Source: an uncultured Ruminococcus sp. (GTDB taxonomy: Bacteria > Bacillota > Clostridia > Oscillospirales > Ruminococcaceae). From it: 64,000 nt of DNA. Numbering within the stretch: position 1 is the first letter of the stretch; every line of letters starts with the position of its first letter. The stretch spans positions 9,188 to 73,187 of the forward strand of contig CAJTOG010000005.1 of assembly GCA_910577575.1 (NCBI GenBank). The letters are read 5' to 3'. Positions 60,301 through 64,000 of this stretch are shown one piece after another. Both the position numbers and the translations under genes were made by a program. The notes beneath the pieces were generated by a model that saw nothing but the letters and a program-made list of their open reading frames with translations, did no database searches and had not been told where the DNA came from.

Positions 60301-63300
60301 TGTTTCTGAACAACAATAGCATTACGTGTATTTTTAATAGTATAGTCATACATTGTATTGCTGGCTGAACTGCTGTCCAAATATGATGCTGTATACTTGC
60401 TTTCTGCTCCTGATTCTGAAAGGTTTATACTTTTTTCAAAAACATAGTAATAGTAAGAATCACCGTTCTCAACAGGATTGCCTTCTTCATCAAGTTCGCT
60501 CATCGGAAGTCCGGTCCATGAATAAGTCCAATCGGTTACTTCGTCATCATTGTGTTTAAGGATAACTGTTTCAATCGGTTCTATACCGGATATAGCATTC
60601 TGAATAGTAGCATTATTAAGATTGTCAAGTTTCTTGTTCAGGCGATAAAGTGCAACTTCAACTGAATCATTAACATGAACTGCTGAACCGTCACTCCACT
60701 GCTTTCTGACAGATACAGTTACATCTGTTGCATTGATGTTCTTGTTTGTAACAGTAATTTCACCTGTGAGCTGATTAATATTGAAAACACAACTTACAAC
60801 ATAATCATCTCCAAGCTCAGGAGTCTCAACAGCTTCAAACGATACGTACTTACTCAGGTCTGCTTCAGCAATAAGGTCTGTAATATCTGAACGCCAGTTG
60901 TTTCCGCTTGTAAGTTTTACATTTTCAGCAACGGGATTTTCACTTCTTACGCCATTACGGTCAACACCATATATGCTTATAGTAATTTCACTGACAGGTG
61001 CTGACATGGTTTTGCCTTTTGAATTCTTCCATTCTTTTATAAGATATAGTTTCTGTGAGTTTTTAATTGTAACAATACCGTCATCATTTACAGCATTGCC
61101 AACATAAATCGGAAGATATCCACCTTCTTCAGAATCTGACAGGAATTTTCCTGATTTTTCATCAAGAATATAAGTTATTCCGTTGACTGTATAAGCTGTT
61201 TCTTTCACATAGTAATAAATAGGTTTACTGTTCTTGCCGTTCGGCAGATTATTCCAGATGTTACCGTTAAGCTCACTTATTTTTATATTTTTTACGGACG
61301 TAAATGAGCTGTCCATAATTCCCAAATCATCAGCATTTGCAGGAATTGCATTATCAGGCATACCTGAAGCAGTCTTTTTATAAGACCAGTAAAGTTCTAC
61401 AGTAACAGAATCATTATCATGATTAGCATTGTCGTCGCCGTACCATTCCTTAGAAATACCTATATCAATAAGCTTACTGTTCGGAATTTCGATATCATCG
61501 CCTGACCTTATCTGAATTATATTTGATTCTGAAACATTATTTGGAATCTGAACAGATGAAATATTGCTGTTGTATGCAAAATAATGTGTTGAAACGTAGT
61601 TTGTCAGGAATTTTGTATAATCTGTTCCATCAAGGATTGTAGTACCGTTATTAAGATAATCAATAATAAGCTGACGGAATTTTTCACCATTTTCATCATT
61701 CGGTATTAAGTTTGAACCTTCGTAGCCTTTCGGAACTGAAACCTCAATAAGCTTATAAAGAATATCCTGCTCAATCGCAACTTCCTTTGCGGGATTTACA
61801 TTAATATCGCCCGCATTTTCATCAATCTTACTTCCCTGCATACCTGTTTCAGACCATGTAATTGCTCCACCATTCTGGGCGTCAACCGATTTTGCAAAAT
61901 ACCATAAACCATTTTCATACTTAGCCATAAGGAAAGTAGCATCAAGACTGTTTATGCTGTAGTTGCCTACATTGACTTTTTTGATTTTAGGTCTGCTGTT
62001 TGTTGAAACTGTACCACTTGAACGTGAGATTCTGTATTTATCATCTCTTTTTGTATCTTCAGCAGTTGCACTGTCTGAAATCAGCTTTGCTCTGTTATGG
62101 AATGCAATTTCGTGACCTGTAGGCGGAACATATCCGGGTTTCATTGTATCAAGCTTGCCGTTTACTACAACTGAACTCTTACATCCATTCAAAACAGACG
62201 GTGTATTTTCATTTGCTATAATTTTATACGTATACTGTATTTCAATATGCATTTCATCAGGGATTGAAAGTTCAAGAAGTGCCGCACCATCATTTGTTGA
62301 TTTTCCACTTGCAAACTTCATTGTGTATTCATTCTGCTTAAGCTCTGTCTTTACGCCATTTTCATCAACTTTATATAGTTTAAGACGTGTCATGAGAATA
62401 TCAACAAGTTTTGAACCCTCTGTTATTTTATTATGACACGTATCCGTATAGCTGTCTGTATCGAAAATATCCCTTATATCAATTGTATTTCCGTTTGAAA
62501 GATTCTTGCCTTCCGGATTCACATCAAGAGTATACTGTACATATCCGGGAATAAGTGACTTTTTATAGTCCTTTACCAGAAGATTTGACGGAGCTTTGAT
62601 TGTAATTGAAGCATAATCGTTCTCTTTTGTTTCAATTCCAGGTGTTTTATCAGATTCCTGATTTATTTTAAAAATTTTGTTGCTGAATGTAAAATTACCC
62701 TTTACAAGTTTTTCTTCTAATTTACTGCACTCAACTTTAACACTGTATGCAATATAAAATTTCTCCCAAGACTTGGGCTTATTAAAATAAACAGCATGAT
62801 TTTCCTTGTCATAGTAGAAATGTTCTCCGGATTCATAATTACTCCAAATTGCTTCTACACTGTCTTCAGCTATCAAATAGTTACCAAAAGTAGATTGATA
62901 CCATACCATAATTGGAGCTACAATATAACCGCCTTCATCTGAATGATTACTACTATTCATAATTGTTCTCAAGGAAGGAATAATTGAATCTTTATTCGAA
63001 GCAAAGCTTTCTTGTTGACAATTGCTATTATAAATTAATTCAAAATCTTCCGGAAGATAATCAACAACAGGATAAGTTAAACCATTTGTTCCTCCAGAAC
63101 CTTCAATTATATATGTGAAAACATAATAATCCTTTTTTTCACCGTTTTCATTCTCTAATTTCTTCTTATACTGACTTAAATCATCTCTCTGAATAGATTC
63201 TACTTCACTGCAACTTGAATTATAAGCAGTCTTTTTAATACCAATATCTTGTTTAAAAGTATTCTTTATTTTGTTTCCTTCATAACTGATTGAATATTTA

Positions 63301-64000
63301 CCCTCTGATACTTCAAATGATTTTGCGTCAGCAGGAATATCCTTTCTGTTTCCGTCCTTATCCGTGTATGCAGATTCACGGAAACGATACATTATTTCAT
63401 TCCAGCTTATACTGCCGTCTTCATTTTTGATATACTCATACTTTGGTAAATTTTTTAATGCAGTACCATTCCATAAAACATCACTGATTGCGTTTTCACT
63501 TGTCAGACTAACAGTAACAGGATTTCCGGAATTATCAATAGTTACATTTCCTGAATCATCTACTGTTCCTTTTACTTCCGTCCAGTTTTCATCTTTTAAA
63601 AGTTTTCTTTCCAGAACAAATTCAACTTCTTTTGGTCTGTTATTGTCCTTGAATTCAACTCCGTTTTCATCAGTTCCGCTATATCCGGAATCGCCAGACC
63701 ATTCTTTTTCGAGAGCAATCTCAGTATTTTCAAAAATCGCAGAGTTTGTAATCTTATAACCGTCTGCTGCATTTCCTGAACGAATCCAGCTATAAACCTG
63801 ACCTTCCGAATCCATATATCTGTCGCCTTTAATTACGACACTCTCTTTACCTTTTTCCTTGAAAGCAATTTCAGAAACGTCATAATGATAAATTGTTAAT
63901 TGACCGTTTACAATTTCCTGATTAGGCAAATTATTCCATGTATACTGCCAGTTTTTTTCTGAAGTAAGCTCTATTTCATCACCATAAGGCTCATTGTTTC
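57315..64000 (-). CDS. Giant (>2,227 aa; N-terminus beyond the window) cell-wall-anchored multidomain adhesin, probable pilus tip protein
   Basis: The reading frame stays open from 63929 to 64000 (…NNEPYGDEIELTSEKNWQYTWNNLPNQE…). Many CnaB-type modules (W..Y.W.NLP, KxW.DD repeats). A CnaA/collagen-binding-like region with an E-box-like LYKLIEVSVPKGYE. An SGNH hydrolase insert. Big_2-like Ig modules. C-terminal MPSTGG, then a TM helix, then RRRRRK. Confidence 0.85.
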   Translation of the reverse strand, partial: NNEPYGDEIELTSEKNWQYTWNNLPNQEIVNGQLTIYHYDVSEIAFKEKGKESVVIKGDRYMDSEGQVYSWIRSGNAADGYKITNSAIFENTEIALEKEWSGDSGYSGTDENGVEFKDNNRPKEVEFVLERKLLKDENWTEVKGTVDDSGNVTIDNSGNPVTVSLTSENAISDVLWNGTALKNLPKYEYIKNEDGSISWNEIMYRFRESAYTDKDGNRKDIPADAKSFEVSEGKYSISYEGNKIKNTFKQDIGIKKTAYNSSCSEVESIQRDDLSQYKKKLENENGEKKDYYVFTYIIEGSGGTNGLTYPVVDYLPEDFELIYNSNCQQESFASNKDSIIPSLRTIMNSSNHSDEGGYIVAPIMVWYQSTFGNYLIAEDSVEAIWSNYESGEHFYYDKENHAVYFNKPKSWEKFYIAYSVKVECSKLEEKLVKGNFTFSNKIFKINQESDKTPGIETKENDYASITIKAPSNLLVKDYKKSLIPGYVQYTLDVNPEGKNLSNGNTIDIRDIFDTDSYTDTCHNKITEGSKLVDILMTRLKLYKVDENGVKTELKQNEYTMKFASGKSTNDGAALLELSIPDEMHIEIQYTYKIIANENTPSVLNGCKSSVVVNGKLDTMKPGYVPPTGHEIAFHNRAKLISDSATAEDTKRDDKYRISRSSGTVSTNSRPKIKKVNVGNYSINSLDATFLMAKYENGLWYFAKSVDAQNGGAITWSETGMQGSKIDENAGDINVNPAKEVAIEQDILYKLIEVSVPKGYEGSNLIPNDENGEKFRQLIIDYLNNGTTILDGTDYTKFLTNYVSTHYFAYNSNISSVQIPNNVSESNIIQIRSGDDIEIPNSKLIDIGISKEWYGDDNANHDNDSVTVELYWSYKKTASGMPDNAIPANADDLGIMDSSFTSVKNIKISELNGNIWNNLPNGKNSKPIYYYVKETAYTVNGITYILDEKSGKFLSDSEEGGYLPIYVGNAVNDDGIVTIKNSQKLYLIKEWKNSKGKTMSAPVSEITISIYGVDRNGVRSENPVAENVKLTSGNNWRSDITDLIAEADLSKYVSFEAVETPELGDDYVVSCVFNINQLTGEITVTNKNINATDVTVSVRKQWSDGSAVHVNDSVEVALYRLNKKLDNLNNATIQNAISGIEPIETVILKHNDDEVTDWTYSWTGLPMSELDEEGNPVENGDSYYYYVFEKSINLSESGAESKYTASYLDSSSASNTMYDYTIKNTRNAIVVQKQWVDEDGVTPLPDNEIPNEVKVRVYKNIIPENEVSVMAVGDSITYGYQTTNDAYPLDLAKALTSAGFKLKGNSITNLGQNSAQISAFNTNVQGADVICLLGGTNDVHQGSGIKSADKDTVKRAIKESYATLIDNLKENSGKNPIIFLGTIPDFKWLKNSTEATEGGKWWWNYPYSNDATVLKDWETECKNIISYANEAVREIADADPNIYLVDINEIITDKYLQDDGCHPNAAGWDKIAEAYGKSIKSYYIEYLKTDGSFTTDDKDPDIAKFTINSDGSWTKAIDVPVGDSNGKYIYGVEETDAVANVWKVSYEDNAQQAASDTPVTVVNRRNTEKTSIRVHKTWVGDDAIADADKHALLPNNFYLQRRIKNADGTYSEWETVLTDNPTDVSGTKDTWEYTDLPARDANGNLYYYTIDEIEIDGYSKTPIEPADFESKTDGTNAGTVEITNTRQFSISVNKTWSDGNDAHLKDSITVQLYRSTEMPSDIADKLELKLSLPENVLVTVDNITEITANKSGISIDKSSLDEGIASVEVNGNIIKINGISDGETSVAITDGKTTETINITVSSLTASVDGAEFVNGCYNVTAGTEYTLKVTDSGVDVDNAEFNCSNKNITIDGNKLTATVLGNYTINVKANGLTVPLNINVVLPNNFDVTGDSSEVAVDKEIRFTINPYYGEFSCESLDSNIADVINNNDGTITVKGISEGTTRIKVTRDDGVSKEISINVVKGSIKMEAGKSYEIKADSAKKVQKITMQMSSTSNSWSMYIIKFKQNETGIYSNDGAVLGLSYNNNSGICNVTCNGMEVTIDFINATSIDCIEVYSNNDCWTVESCKFQYDEIVPANYMKRSARFYSASTYAEQADPFEAYRVNGKTVTFDGGKGDFNRTLTFDGLDVYDENGNPYYYWIAEIDSPNGYTPLYAFSDGDNETVYAINASKPGDSMAEIYNYRETPEGVEMPSTGGTGTKPYHVTGILIISGSLLGIIYYRRRRRKTA
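59565..60204 (-). other. SGNH/GDSL esterase domain embedded in the adhesin stalk
   Basis: Block I VMAVGDSITYGY, block II NLGQNS, block III LLGGTNDV and block V DDGCHPN, flanked on both sides by CnaB-type repeats. Confidence 0.8.

Noticed and set aside
57985-63759. Several 60-130-aa plus-strand ORFs inside the giant adhesin gene
   Set aside because: All are antisense to one continuous minus-strand frame of more than 6.6 kb that has clear domain motifs. Their Ser/Phe/Leu-rich translations mark them as shadow ORFs.

Overview
An AT-rich, densely coding chromosomal segment with about 50 genes, most on the minus strand. It comes from a low-GC Gram-positive anaerobe. Four type-I dockerin modules, a GH9/GH16 enzyme, spoIIE and glgD suggest a spore-forming, cellulosome-bearing Ruminococcus-like member of the Clostridia; this taxon call is inference only. 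Gene blocks in order:

- **1-9.2 kb:** an 11-gene polyamine operon. It combines the dcSAM route (speD-speA-GNAT-speE-speB) with the aspartate-semialdehyde route (carboxy(nor)spermidine synthase plus decarboxylase), and also carries four uncharacterised passenger genes.
- **9.25-9.6 kb:** divergent tRNA-Arg(ACG) and tRNA-Lys(UUU).
- **9.6-15.5 kb:** the glycogen operon glgB-glgC-glgD-glgA.
- **15.7-21.7 kb:** spoIIE, a flotillin, a PPi-type phosphofructokinase and a PAP2 phosphatase.
- **21.9-25.9 kb:** a 1068-aa CBM-Ig-GH9-dockerin-GH16 enzyme with an AraC regulator.
- **25.9-38.4 kb:** a cell-envelope block. It holds an M16C peptidase, a dockerin protein, an AlgJ/AlgX-like protein with an MBOAT acyltransferase, a lipoprotein, a cell-wall-binding-repeat/transglutaminase-like protein, a lipoprotein PBP transpeptidase and a GHL10 lipoprotein.
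- **38.4-41.0 kb:** two paralogous small membrane proteins, and a radical-SAM/SPASM enzyme translationally coupled to a Cys-free dockerin protein.
- **41.1-46.5 kb:** uvrB-NADAR-uvrA.
- **46.6-49.2 kb:** galE and a capD-like dehydratase.
- **49.4-50.2 kb:** decayed FtsX-like permease remnants.
- **50.2-64.0 kb:** a sortase-pilus island with the same gene order as streptococcal FCT islands. Its tip adhesin is longer than 2,200 aa, runs off the window end, and has an SGNH esterase domain embedded in its stalk.

I found no CRISPR array, transposase, integrase, rRNA or recognisable phage or defence gene. The leads I rank highest are the enzyme-bearing pilus island, the dual-route polyamine operon with its small Sm-like paralogues, the NADAR gene inside uvrBA, and the rSAM/SPASM-dockerin pair. 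All protein calls rest on motifs I recognise by eye in the supplied translations; no searches were run.
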